64,000 bases of DNA from Macrostomum lignano. Taxonomy: Eukaryota. Position numbers and translations under genes: made by a program. The notes under the pieces are model-generated. The model made no database searches. It was not told the DNA's origin and saw nothing but the letters and a program-made list of their open reading frames with translations. The number at the start of each line of letters is the position of its first letter. Positions within the stretch are counted from its first letter, which is position 1. The DNA lies in the NCBI GenBank assembly GCA_002269645.1, contig NIVC01000909.1, positions 52,752 to 116,751 on the forward strand, read 5' to 3'. Shown here piece by piece: positions 47,325-59,784 of the stretch.

Positions 47325-48718
47325 AGTGTGACATTGCGGAGACTTTACCGAACTGTAACATTGTGGAGACTTTACTACTGGTAACATTGCGGAGACTTTA
47401 TCGAATTGTAACATTGTGGAGGCTATCGAACTGTAATATTGTGGAGACTTTATCGAACTGTAACATTGTGGAGACTTTACCGAACTGTAACATTTGTGGA
47501 GACTTTATCGAACTGTGGAGCCTTTACCGAACTGTAACATTGTGGAGACTATCGAACTGTAGCATTGTGGAGACTTTATCGAACTGTAGCATTGTGGAGA
47601 CTTTATCGAACTGTAGCATTGTGGAGACTTTATCGAACTGTAGCATCGTGGAGACTTTATCGAACTGTAACATTGTGGAGACTTTATCGAACTGTAGCAT
47701 TGTGGAGACTTTATCGAACTGTAGCATCGTGGAGACTTTATCGAACTGTAGCATCGTGGAGACTTTATCGAACTGTAACATTGCGGAGACTTTATCGAAC
47801 TGTAGCATCGTGGAGACTTTATCGAACTGTAGCATCGTGGAGACTTTATCGAACTGTAGCATCGTGGAGACTTTATCGAACTGTAACATTGCGGAGACTT
47901 TATCGAACTGTAGCATCGTGGAGACTTTATCGAACTGTAGCATCGTGGAGACTTTATCGAACTGTAGCATCGTGGAGACTTTATCGAACTGTAACATTGC
48001 GGAGACTTTATCGAACTGTAACATTGCGGAGACTTTATCGAACTGTAACATTGTGGAGACTTTATCGAACTGTAACATTGTGGAGACTTTATCGAACTGT
48101 AGCATCGTGGAGACTTTATCGAACTGTAACATTGTGGAGACTTTATCGACTGTAACATTGTGGAGACTTTATCGAACTGTAGCATCGTGGAGACTTTATC
48201 GAACTGTAACATTGCGGAGACTTTATCGAACTGCAACATTGTGGAGACTTTATCGAACTGTAGCATCGTGGAGACTTTATCGAACTGTAACATTGTGGAG
48301 ACTATCGAACTGTAATATTGTGGAGACTTTATCGAACTGTAACATTGTGGAGACTTTACCGAACTGTAACATTTGTGGAGACTTTATCGAACTGTGGAGA
48401 CTTTATCGAACTGTAACATTGTGGAGACTTTATCGAACTGTAGCATTGTGGAGACTTTATCGAACTGTAGCATTGTGGAGACTTTATCGAACTGTAACAT
48501 TTGTGGAGACTTTATCGAACTGTGGAGACTTTATCGAACTGTAACATTGTGGAGACTTTATCGAACTGTAGCATTGTGGAGACTTTATCGAACTGTAGCA
48601 TTGTGGAGACTTTATCGAACTGTAACATTCTGGAGACTTTATCGAACTGTAACATTGTGGACTTTACTGAACTGCAACATTGTGGAGACTTTATCGAACT
48701 GTAACATTGTGGAGACTG
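47325..48718. repeat. 27-bp minisatellite (GAGACTTTATCGAACTGTAGCATTGTG), about 50 copies
   Basis: Direct tandem repetition; gives 9-aa periodic artefact ORFs. Confidence 0.95.
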
Positions 48719-49764
48719 TCGAACCGTAATGTTTCTGACAGATTGTGTACCAAAAAGAAATTTAAAGCTATCGAATTCAGCTAATTTTCTGTGTCAGCAG
48801 TCCATGCAAAATCCTTGCTAAATCATAAACATCAAATCCCGTCGGATCGGAGCTGCAGAAGACTAATCCTCGTTTGTGTCTTTGCAGACTCACTAGCTAC
48901 ATGTAGGAATGCTTTTTGCACTTGTCCTTCTGCATCAAGCAAGTAGAACAAGCACGTACACTTTGTCTGGACCCCGAATCATGCAATCTCCAATGCGGAT
49001 CAAGTCAGATGAAAGGAAGCTGCTATAGCGATAATGTTATGTTCACTTGGAGGAGTTAACTTTTTGGATCAATGTTCTGAACACTCGCCATGAACAGTGT
49101 GGAGATGCGCAAAAGTCGCCTCTAGTCAACCACTGAATCATGGATGCATCTGATGCACTGGAGATAAAGAAAAGCTTAGGAAAACACTGAATGTAGCTAT
49201 ATACTCCTTGTTACGTGTCAGTACAGCTCAAGGATTAGCCACAAGTACTATTTATACTATAAATATGCGCGTAGAGTGGCCTTATGACTGATATATTTTG
49301 AATGAACTCAAGCAGCTCTCCAGCATGCAGACATGGCTCTTTACATATCTCTGAAGAGTGGCCTGAAATTTTCCTTTGTCGTGATACGAGTATTTCACGT
49401 GAATTCCCAAATACAGTATAAAAAATATTTTCAAATTTCAACGCATTTTTCTCAGTCAAAGCCAGTCTATTTCTAGAATGCATAATTTCAGTTCATCATT
49501 GAAGCATACATTACGTGTATAGCCTATGGTATATCTACTAAAACCTAAAATAGCAAAAAAAAGCCCTGAAAGACTGCATCAAAGCACCTAAAATGAAATT
49601 AAAATTAAATGTAACTTGTTCAGAAAAAGGAGCTTCAGAGAGACAGGAGACTTTAGAGATGCAGGAATTAGAATTAAAGGCAACGGAATTAGCTTTAAAA
49701 GCGCCTGATGTAGCTTGAAGAGGCGTCATACGTAGCTTCAGAGGCGACATTAGCTTTTAAGAGG

Positions 49765-50538
49765 TGCCAGCAGTAGCTAAAGAGAGGCGCCAGAAGTAGC
49801 TAAAGAGGCGCCAGAAGTAGCTAAAGAGGCGCCAGAAGTAGCTAAAGAGGCGCCAGAAGTAGCTAAAGAGGCGCCAGAAGTAGCTAAAGAGGCGCCAGAA
49901 GTAGCTAAAGAGACGCCAGAAGTAGCTAAAGAGGCACCAGAAGTAGCTAGTGGCGCCAGAAGTAGCTAAAGAGGCGCCAGAAGTAGCTAAAGAGGCGCCA
50001 GAAGTAGCTAAAGAGGCGCCAGAAGTAGCTAAAGAGAGGCGCCAGAAGTAGCTAAAGAGAGGCGCCAGAAGTAGCTAAGCAGGCGCCAGAAGTAGCTAAA
50101 GAGGCGCCAGAAGTAGCTAAAAAGGCGCCAGAAGTAGCTAAAGAGGCGCCAGAAGTAGCTAAAGAGGCGCCAGAAGTAGCTAAAAAGGCGCCAGAAGTAG
50201 CTAAAGAGGCGCCAGAAGTAGCTAAAGAGGCGCAAGAAGTAGCTAGAGGCACCAGAAGTAGCTAAAGAGCGGCGCCAGAAGTAGCTAAAGAGAGGCGCCA
50301 GAAGTAGCTATAGAGGCGCCAGAAGTAGCTAAAGAGGCGCCAGAAGTAGCTAGAGGCGCCAGAAGTAGCTAAAGAGACGCCAGAAGTAGCTCTAGTGGCG
50401 CCAGAAGTAGCTAGAGGCGCCAGAAGTAGCCAAAGAGAGGCGCCAGAAGTAGCTATAGAGGCGCCAGAAGTAGCTATAGAGGCGCCAGAAGTAGCTAGAG
50501 GCGCCAGAAGTAGCCAAAGAGAGGCGCCAGAAGTAGCT
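49765..50538. repeat. 21-bp minisatellite (GAGGCGCCAGAAGTAGCTAAA)
   Basis: Direct tandem repetition with small indels. Confidence 0.95.
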
Positions 50539-51471
50539 TTGAAGAGCCACCGGAAGTACATAGAGTTTCAAAAAGACGCGAGAATTAGCTGTCAAGACGG
50601 TGAAAGTGCTTTTCGGTCAGCTTGGTCCGCTTAAGAAAACACGTCGGAAGAGTCCATAAGCTAAAAAAGCAATCAGATTCGGCTTTACCACCAGGGGCTG
50701 ATTTTACGAAGCTTAGGAGCTAGCAGTTAGCAGCTCAGTCAACAGCAGCGCTTGCACGAGGCATCACGTGACAGAATTCAGGCCATATATTGGTTCAGCT
50801 ATAGAACGATGATGGCAGTCGATAATTTTAATAGGAGAAGAAAGTAGTCTTTCTAATAAAGTACGAGCAACATTTCTACCCTTATTTATCATCCCACAGC
50901 CATGACAGCCCAAGGGCGGCCAATACATTGATTCCTTCACTAGCATGGATAGATTGGATAGATAACTGACATGGATATTTTGTGTCACTGTCTCAGACCT
51001 TTGCCTGTCGAATTCTCAACCGTTTCGCTTAGCTATGCCTCGCCTTACACGCAAGAGTAAGGCCAATCTTGTTTCTTTCCTCTCCTAGAAACTTAACATG
51101 AAATTCTTGCTCCGCTTGAAATTTGAGCCCTACAGTTACGAGTGCGTGCCATCTTTTCTGCGCGGTTTCCTCAGCAGGACTTCGTTGTAGCTTATCGCTA
51201 TCTGATACAGTCATGTAGCATCTTATTTTGCCCTCCTCCTCCTCCTCTCATTCTACAGTTTCAATCAAATCTAAAATTGTTGATTTTTCAATTTTTAAAC
51301 GTTTTAACTATTTAATCTACTAAAAGTAGCAATGAAGAACAATTTAGCTCGATTTTTATTCCCAAGTCAAATTTATATATACTCAGGTATATCAGAGTCT
51401 ACGAATCTCAGATCTATTTAATCTGAGTCTCTGAGTCTATCTGAATCTACGACGCAGTGACGCAGTCCTTC

Positions 51472-52094
51472 AGGCACTGAAAAAATAAAGGGCGATTCTT
51501 AAGACGCTGAAGCAGTGAAGGGCGATTCTTGAGAGACTGAAGCAGTGAAGGGCGATTCTAGAGAGACTGAAGAAGTGAAGGCGATTCTTGAGAGACTGAA
51601 GAAGTGAAGGGCGATTCTTGAGAGGCTGAAACAGTGAAGGGCGATTCTTGAGAGACTGCAACAGTGAAAAGGCGATTCTTGAATGACTGAAACAGTGAAG
51701 GGCGATTCTTGAGAGACTGCAATAGTGAAAAGGCGATTCTTGAATGACTGAAACAGTGAAGGGCGATTCTTGAGAGGCTGAAACAGTGAAGGGCGATTCT
51801 TGAGAGGCTGAAACAGTGAAGGGCGATTCTTGAGAGACTGAAACAGTGAAGGGCGATTCTTGAGAGACTGAAGCAGTGAAGGGCGATTCTTGAGAGACTG
51901 AAACAGTGAACGGCGATTCTTGAGAGACTTAAACAGTGAAGGGCGATTCTTGAGAGACTGAAACAGTGAAGGGTGATTCTTGAGAGACTGAAGCAGTGAA
52001 GGGCGATTCTTGAGAGACTGAAACAGTGAACGGCGATTCTTGAGAGACTTAAACAGTGAAGGGCGATTCTTGAGAGACTTAAACAGTGAAGGGC
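51472..52094. repeat. 30-bp minisatellite (TGAAGGGCGATTCTTGAGAGACTGAAACAG)
   Basis: Direct tandem repetition. Confidence 0.95.
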
Positions 52095-52301
52095 AAAGAA
52101 GAGCTCTGAGACTGGGTTAAAAAAATTATCACGGCAAAACAGAGAAGTAATACACTCTTTAGCTTGGTCAACAAAATGCAACCAGTATAATTTCAACTAA
52201 GCAACTAAGGTATTGTTTTTTATTTTTACAAATAAACGGCAGTACAAACTTGTAAAGCTAGATTGCTAACAAAGACACGAGTCTCTTTAGTCCAAATGGA
52301 A

Positions 52302-52721
52302 TCACTGATAGGGCCACAACCGGTCCCTGTTGTCAATCAATCGCCGATGCATCCTCCAAATACCTTTCGGTGTTTTCATCAAAGCCTCGTAAGACAGCTT
52401 ATTGTATCGCTTAATCATTGACATGCGCTTTGGCCGTTTGCCATACCTGTCGCCAGCGTATTTAATTGTCTGCTGCCGGCGCAGCATCCAGTCCATATTC
52501 ACCTGGGCGTAGAATATCCTAGGCAGGTAGCGAAATCCCGAATCGACAAGATCCTTTTTAGGAATAACTGCATCGCACAATTGCGGCTCTACAGTGTGAA
52601 AGTTGTTAGCGGCTGGGCCATTTCGACGCGGCAGAGTTCTAGTGGCATTGGAGGCCGCTGATGACGAAGAGGAGGAGGCAGCCCTGCTCAGCACTGAGCG
52701 CATCAGGTTTACAATCAGCAT
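52302..52721 (-). CDS. Small basic protein with a mitochondrial-presequence-like N-terminus; possibly a mitoribosomal protein (weak bS21m resemblance)
   Basis: Single ORF from ATG 52721 (or 52703): MRSVLSRAASSSSSSAASNATRTL... is Arg/Ser/Ala-rich with no acidic residues, followed by a Lys/Arg-rich body ending DRLWPYQ. Family call is by eye and weak. Confidence 0.6.
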   Translation of the reverse strand: MLIVNLMRSVLSRAASSSSSSAASNATRTLPRRNGPAANNFHTVEPQLCDAVIPKKDLVDSGFRYLPRIFYAQVNMDWMLRRQQTIKYAGDRYGKRPKRMSMIKRYNKLSYEALMKTPKGIWRMHRRLIDNRDRLWPYQ

Positions 52722-52904
52722 TTTATGCACTTTTATATTTGAATTGTTTGTAGCGGATTAATTCAGAGTTGGTAAGAGGTTCGGTTGCATGCATTGTTTT
52801 GGTGTTTGAAAAATCATTATAGTTTTAAGGTGCTTAAAAGAGATTTCTGTAGACATGAAAGGGTCATTGATACGAGGCTTATGGGCTAAAAGATGACAGA
52901 ATAA

Positions 52905-53590
52905 GCTTTAAGGTCATTGCTAAAAGCTGCAAAGTCATTGCCAAAAACTTCAGTCATTGTTAAAAGCTTTAAGGTCACTGCTAGGAGCTTCAAGGTCATT
53001 GTTAAAAGCTTTAAGGTCACTGCTAGGAGCTTCAAGGTCATTGATAAAAGCTTTAAGGTCACTGCTAGGAGCTTCAAGGTCATTGATAAAAGCTTTAAGG
53101 TCCCTGCTAAGAGCTTCAAGGTCATTGATAAAAGCTTCAAGGTCCCTGCTAAGAGCTTCAAGGTCATTGATAAAAGCTTCAAGGTCCCTGCTAGGAGCTT
53201 CAAGGTCATTGATAAAAGCTTTAAGGTCACTGCTAGGAGCTTCAAGGTCATTGATAAAAGCTTCAAGGTCCCTGCTAAGAGCTTCAAGGTCATTGATAAA
53301 AGCTTTAAGGTCCCTGCTAAGAGCTTCAAGGTCATTGATAAAAGCTTTAAGGTCACTGCTAGGAGCTTCAAGGTCATTGATAAAAGTTTCAAGGTCCCTG
53401 CTAAGAGCTTCAAGGTCATTGATAAAAGCTTTAAGGTCCCTGCTAAGAGCTTCAAGGTCATTGATAAAAGCTTTAAGGTCCCTGCTAAGAGCTTCAAGGT
53501 CATTGATAAAAGCTTCAAGGTCACTGCTAAGAGCTTCAAGGTCATTGATAAAAGCTTCAAGGTCACTGCTAAGAGCTTCAAGGTCATTGA
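52905..53590. repeat. 42-bp minisatellite built from two 21-bp subunits (AAGAGCTTCAAGGTCATTGAT / AAAAGCTTTAAGGTCCCTGCT)
   Basis: Direct tandem repetition with no indels in the core. Confidence 0.95.
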
Positions 53591-54685
53591 AAATAGGTTT
53601 CAATTTAAGCTAGAAGCTTTTCTGTCTGTCTGTCTGTCTGTCTGCCTGCCTGTCTGTCTATCTGTCTGTCTCTTTTATATCCCATATATTTTCGCCAACT
53701 CTCTCACAAGGGTCACTGCTATTAAAAATATATATGAAAATATATGAAATGCATACATTTAACTAAAAAAAAACAACTTATTTTATAGAAAATTTTTCTT
53801 TAATGGCATTCAATTTAGCTTTATAGGAGCTGTTGGACTCTTCAACTTCATTGATAATCAGTTACGATCATTATAGATTAGATAATATGAACATGATACT
53901 AAAACATATTCACAGTTATTTAGCTAAAGTATAAAAGCCAAATATATGCCACTTATGAATCTATGCTATATGCTAGAGTCTGAATACTTGACATGAGCTC
54001 AAAACAACTCAAGTAACTTTGGGTTTTTGGTTACTTGACTTAACCCATTTTTTAGACTAATACTAGTAATCTAGTGCCTTCTTTTGGGGCACCCAATAAG
54101 CAAAGAACAAAAATTATTCATGCAAATCCATTACAAAAAAAACAATTTTTTAAAGAACAAATTATTTCTTCAGTTTTATAAATCACTTTATTCAAGTAAA
54201 ATTGTCTTGGACAATTTGTTTTTTTGTTTTGTTTTTTTTCTCCCTTTGTCTACAAGTCAATTATTGATTTGAACAGGAATTGTATACTTTTTAGTATTTA
54301 GTATAATGGCAAGAAAAATAAGTACTGAGTATCAAAAGGCCTTTCATCTTCACCAAGGTACTGCCTTAAAGACAAAAGAGAAAAATTGGAGGAAAAAATG
54401 GCACTAGCAAGTAATAGCATTTTGCACCTAGAAGGAATAAATAGCTGAATCCAAGATTGTCATCCATTTTGACTTTAGTAAAATTATTCATGCAGTTATC
54501 AAGATACTACTTAGGCTACATATTGGAGCTAGACTTAGGTGACATTATTCATTGTTGTAATATATTGCAAATCTAACTCCAAGATGTTAGTTATAGTGAA
54601 TGACACAGATTTTGTATTGGATTTTGTAGGTAAAAAATAACACCGCAAATTTTGACAAATATGATGATTTAAGAAACTTATATTC

Positions 54686-57600
54686 TGTTATGTTTGTACC
54701 CCCCTTGTCTGAATCACTTCGTGTGTCTGGTTCCTCGTCTCTGTCTGTCTGTCTGTCTGTCTGCGTGTGACTCACCCCATTGTATCTTTCCACTGTCTAT
54801 GTGAGTCCCACTGCCTTCCCTCTATGAAGCTCGGGGCGCACCCACCCCAAATATACTCCTTAAAGGTGCCTCCCACTCTGCTTGGGAACCGCACTTCCTT
54901 TCCGGTGTCTCTGCGATTCTAAGCTCAGCAGAGCAAACTGAATTCGTGCAACAAGCCAGCCTTTGCCTTTAATGTTATTACAATGGCGACGAGTTCCACG
55001 CTGGGAGGCATCCCAATTCTCTCCGCGAACACAGATATTGACGTATATCTGGAGAGACTGCAACATTACTTCATCTGCAAAGAGGTGAAGGAAGAGGCTA
55101 AGGTGGCTACACTCGTCACAACAATTGGCGAGGAAGCTTATTCAGTGCTGCGCAACCTCTGTCTTCCCAAAAAGATCGCAGACAATTCATTCGATGAGCT
55201 AACGGAGATCCTGCGAAATCACTACGCTCCACAGCCATCCGAGCTGGCAGCCCGCTTTCGCTTCCAGTGTCGTCTGCAGCAGCCTGGTGAGACCTTCGCT
55301 GAGTTCATCGCCGGTCTGAAGGCCTTGTCGGCCCACTGCAACTTCGGCAACACTCTGGAGGAGCGGCTCCGCGACCAACTCGTCTTCGGGCTGCTCAGTG
55401 ACGCCTTCCGAGTGAAGCTGCTGGAGGAGGTGAAGCCCACCTTTAAGTCTCTGCAGCAGAAAATCCTCTCCTTGGAGTCTGCAGAGAAGTCATCGCACGA
55501 GATGGCGCACAGAGCGGCAGCCCCTGTCGCTCAGCTGCATGCGCACGGCAACCAGCAGCACAAGCGCTGCGGTGCCGCGTCTTCCCATGGCGGCGGTGGG
55601 GGCGTATTTCAGCAGCGAGGCGGCGGAAAAAGCGGCAGTACCAGCAGCTTCGGCAAAAAAGGCGGCAATGCTGGCAGCAACAGCAACAGCGGCGCCTGCG
55701 GAAGCTGCGGCGGCGCCCACAGCCGCCAGCAGTGCAAGCTGCGGGACGCCAAGTGCCACGCCTGTGGCAAGACTGGCCACATCTGTAAGGTTTGCCGCTC
55801 GGCCAAGCTGCAACTCCTGCATGAGGATCCGCAATCGCCACCCGAGGCGACCGCCCAAATGCCAATCTTCGCCGTTCAGCCGTCTGGAAGCAACGCAGGC
55901 CCGACGGTGCAGCTGCAGGTTAACGAACAGCCGTGCCGATTCATTATTGACACTGGATCTGCGGTCACTCTGATCCCGCAGAGCCTGCAGCAAAAGCTGT
56001 TGCCGCAGCTGCATCTGTCACCGTCCGCAGCTATCCTGCGCACCTTCACCAACGAGCGATTTCGCCCCATCGGCCAGGCGTCTGTCACCGTCCAGCTCGA
56101 CGGTCAGCAGCTGCAGCTCCCTCTGCTTGTCGTCACACAGGGCGACACTCCGTTGCTGGGGCGCGACTGGCTGGCCAGACTGCGGCTGAACTGGCCGAGC
56201 ATCATGGCGCAGGTCCACTCCGTCTCTGCAGACGACGGCGTCGGGGACCTCATCAAGGAGTTCTCCTCTGTCTTCGAGGACGGCCTGGGAGAATTTCAGC
56301 ATGGCCAAGTCCGGTTGCAGGTCACCGAAAGCGCGCAGCCACGGCCCGTCCCGTCCCCTACGCTCTGCGCGAACGTGTGGACGCCGAGCTGCAGCGCATG
56401 GAGGCCAGCGGAATCATCAAAGCGGTCAAGCACAGTGACTGGGCGGCACCCATTGTGCCAGTGGTGAAGAAGGACGGCAGCGTTAGGATCTGCGGTGACT
56501 ACAAGCTCACCTACAACGCGGCGAGCAAGCCGGAGCACTACCCGCTGCCACGCATCGAGGACCTCTTCGCCAAGCTCGGCGGTGGCTGCAAGTGGTCCAA
56601 GCTGGACCTGTCCAACGCCTTCCTGCAGCTGCCGCTGTCCGAAGACAGCAAGGCCTTCCTCACCATCAACACGCCAAGAGGACTTTTCCAGCTAAACCGC
56701 ATGCCTTTCGGCATCACCAGCGCCAGCGCAATCTTTCAGCGGACGCTGGACACCCTGCTGGGGGGCCTCGACGCCGTCCAGGTCTTCGTCGACGACATCC
56801 TCGTCACAGGCGGCACGCTGCAGCAGCACAAAAAGAACCTGGCTCTAGTCCTGCATCGCCTGCAGGGCGCTGGCCTTCGTCTGAACAAAGACAAGTGCCA
56901 GTTCTTTAAGGACTCCGTCGAGTATCTGGGCCATCGCATCGACGCCAACGGCCTCAGTCCGCTGCCTGATCGAGTCTCCGCCGTCCAGGATGCGCTGGCT
57001 CCAAAAGATGTCAACCAGCTGCGCTCGTTTCTCGGCATGTTGGCACAGTATTGCAAGTTTCTGCCAAACCTGTCCACCGTGCTGGCACTACTCCACCAGC
57101 TCCTGGCCAAGAACACGCGCTGGACCTGGGAGCAGCCGCAGCAGCGGGCGTTTGACGAGGCGAAGCGATTGCTACTCCAGTCACCGGTGCTCGTGCACTA
57201 CAGCCCGGACCTGCCTCTACGCCTGGAGTGTGACGCCTCACCCTACGGCTTGGGCGTCGTGCTGACTCGTCGCATCGGCAACAAGGACTGCGCAGTCGCC
57301 TTCGCCAGCCGCAGCCTAACGGCAGCTCAACGTGGCTACTCGCAGCTAGACAAGGAGGCGCTGGCCATCATGTTCGGCCTGCAGCGCTTCCACCAGTTTC
57401 TCTACGGCCGCCGGTTCACCATCGTCACCGACCACTTGCCGCTGCTGGGTCTGCTGGGCGAGCGCAAGGCCATCCCCGCGCACGCAGCCGCACGCATGCA
57501 GCGCTGGGCCATCCGCCTGGCGAGCTATGACTACTCGCTGGAGTTCCGGCCGACGGAGAAGCACGCCAACTGCGACTCACTCTCGCGGCTGCCGCTACCG

Positions 57601-59101
57601 CAGCTGTTTGAGGAGGAGGCGGCTGTCAATTCGCTGCTGCTCGACGAGGGCGTAGGGTCCGCCATCACAGCGCAAGCAGTCTCGCGGCACACCAGGACGG
57701 ACGCCACGCTGGGCCGCGTGCTGCGCTGTCTGCAGTCGGGTGCGTCCATCGAGGCCGATCTCATCGACTTCGCCCGCCGACAGTCCGAGCTATCGGTTGA
57801 CCAGGGCTGTGTGCTCTGGGGCGCCAGGGTCGTAGTACCGACAGCGCTCCGACAGCAAGTGATGCAGGAGCTGCACCAAGCGCATCCCGGCATCAGCAGG
57901 ATGCGTGCTCTTGCCCGCAGCTATGTCTGGTGGCCAGGCATCGACAGCGATCTGGAAGCTGCGGCCAAGGCCTGCCGCACCTGCCAGCTCAACCAGGCAG
58001 ACCCGCCTAAGGCACCAGTACAGTCACGGCCATTCCCGACAGAGCCATGGGAGCGCCTGCATGTCGAGTTCGCCGGGCCCGTCAACGGCTACGTGTACCT
58101 GGTGGTGGTAGACGCTCACAGCAAGTGGCCGGAGGTGCAGCAGATGCGCAGCGCGACGGCGACCTCCACCATCGCGAGCCTGCGAGAGATCTTCGCTCGC
58201 CAAGGCATCCCTCGCACGTTGGTGTCCGACAACGGGGCTCAGTTCGCCTCCGCCGAGTTCGCCGAGTTCACCAAGGCCAACGGCATTCGGCACATCTTCT
58301 CGGCGCCGTTTCATCCTGCCACGAACGGCCAGGCCGAGCGCTTTGTCCAGGTGCTCAAGCGGCACCTGCTCAAGAGCGGCCACTCCAACGCTGAGCTGCA
58401 GCGGCTGCTGCTCTCCTACCGCAACACCCCGCACAGCGTCAGCGGTGTCGCTCCCAGCCAGCTGCTCATAGGCCGGCGTCTCCGCTGCCGCCTGGATCTC
58501 CTGAAGCCTTCGCTGGCCAGCGATGTGCAGCAGCGACAGGAGCAGCTGCTACAGGAGCGGCGGCGCGCGCGCGAGTTCCTGCCAGGTGACCGCGTCCTCT
58601 TCCGCGACTACAGCGTTGGCGCGAGGGCCGGCGATTCGCCGCGCTGGGCGGAGGGCGTCATCGCGAGTGCTGGCAGCCGCAATTGCACCGTCGACTCGGA
58701 GCAGGGGCACACCGACCAGCTGCTGGCTGCACCCGCCGCCGACACTAGCGTTCAGCCCGCCGATGTCAGCGAGCCGTCACCCGACGCTGGCCACACGGCA
58801 CCTGGCGACGCCCGCAACCAACAAGGCATCGACAGCACCACTGCCGCGGCTGATGTGCAGGCGGTGCCCAGCGGTGGTGCCAATTCGGCGCACGAGAGCC
58901 CGGGCCTGCTGCTCTGCAGCGCTATCCGGCGCGCACGGGACGTCCACCGGAGAGACTTCAGATGCCGTGATGAGGAAGCTGACTGAGGGGGGAGATGTGG
59001 TGTTTGTGCCACGGACATTAACCGACATTGTGTACTCTTGTGTTTTCTGTTATGTTTGTACCCCCCTTGTCTGAATCACTTCGTGTGTCTGGTTCCTCGT
59101 C

Positions 59102-59132
<31 letters not shown>

Positions 59133-59352
59133 GCGTGTGACTCACCCCATTGTATCTTTCCACTGTCTATGTGAGTCCCACTGCCTTCCCTCTACGAAGC
59201 TCAGGGCGCACCCACCCCAAATATACTCCTTAAAGGTGCCTCCCACTCTGCTTGGGAACCGCACTTCCTTTCCGGTGTCTCTGCGATTCTAAGCTCAGCA
59301 GAGCAAACTGAATTCGTGCAACAAGCCAGCCTTTGCCTTTAATGTTATTACA
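54686..59352 (+). mobile_element. Decaying Ty3/gypsy LTR retrotransposon, Mag-clade-like (4667 bp)
   Basis: LTR homology 54686-54982 vs 59048-59352 (2 substitutions seen, plus two extra TCTG units on the right). 5-bp TSD TATTC (54681-54685, 59353-59357). PBS TGGCGACGAG (tRNA-Ser(GCT)-like) at 54984. PPT 58985-58995. Two Gag CCHC-type knuckles as in Mag elements. Confidence 0.95.
54983..58986 (+). pseudogene. Frameshifted gag-pol of the Mag-like element: Gag with 2 zinc knuckles, protease, RT, RNase H, integrase
   Basis: ORFs 54983-56467 (CGSCGGAHSRQQC, CHACGKTGHICKVC, IIDTGS) and 56377-58986 (RICGDYK, FVDD, CDAS, HQAH...CRTC, SDNG, AER). Frameshift near 56340. Integrase HVEFAGP has E in place of the catalytic D. 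A second shift near 58900 moves the QRYPARTGRPPERL tail out of frame. Confidence 0.9.
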
Positions 59353-59784
59353 TATTCAAGTATTGTACTTCAACCCCTGTTCTACTACATAGACTTTTAT
59401 TACTCATAGACAGTGTTAATTTTGGAGCAGTGGACCAGCTACCCAATTAAGGAATCAATTTATGTTCCATTTCACCAAGATGGCCTATCAGAGTTTCAGC
59501 TAGAAGAACTAAGCTAGAACTTATTTGTCTCATTGCATGACAAAGGTGCAATTGACAGATTGGATAATACATTAAAGCAGTTTGCTTAGCAAAGTCCTTA
59601 GCAAAGGATTTTGTTGAGGCTATCAAGTTATGCAACATTTCTTGCATGTTGCATAAAGAAAAGGAAGCAAAGAAACCATTATATATTAGATAATAGATAC
59701 TCGGTAATGCTGTCAGTGTCAAGTCAGTCAACAAATATAAAATATATTACTGTTTTACACATATGTGTTCACTTTTTTATTTCA

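Noticed and set aside
49620-50634. (EAPEVAK)n repeat protein preceded by a Glu/Leu-rich stretch
   Set aside because: In-frame stop near 49715 and repeated 1-2 nt indels break the frame; the lead-in is the degenerate edge of the array.
52950-53603. Heptad coiled-coil-like ORF (DLEALSRDLKAFIN)n
   Set aside because: No ATG (TTG start), open in several frames, and unit variants are mostly non-synonymous (K/E, S/R, P/L). The heptad simply reflects the 21-bp period.
56320-56400. Programmed ribosomal frameshift between the two Mag-element ORFs
   Set aside because: No slippery heptamer, and the junction lacks residues expected between AQPR and ARPVPY, so a deletion is more likely. Other lesions show the copy is decaying.
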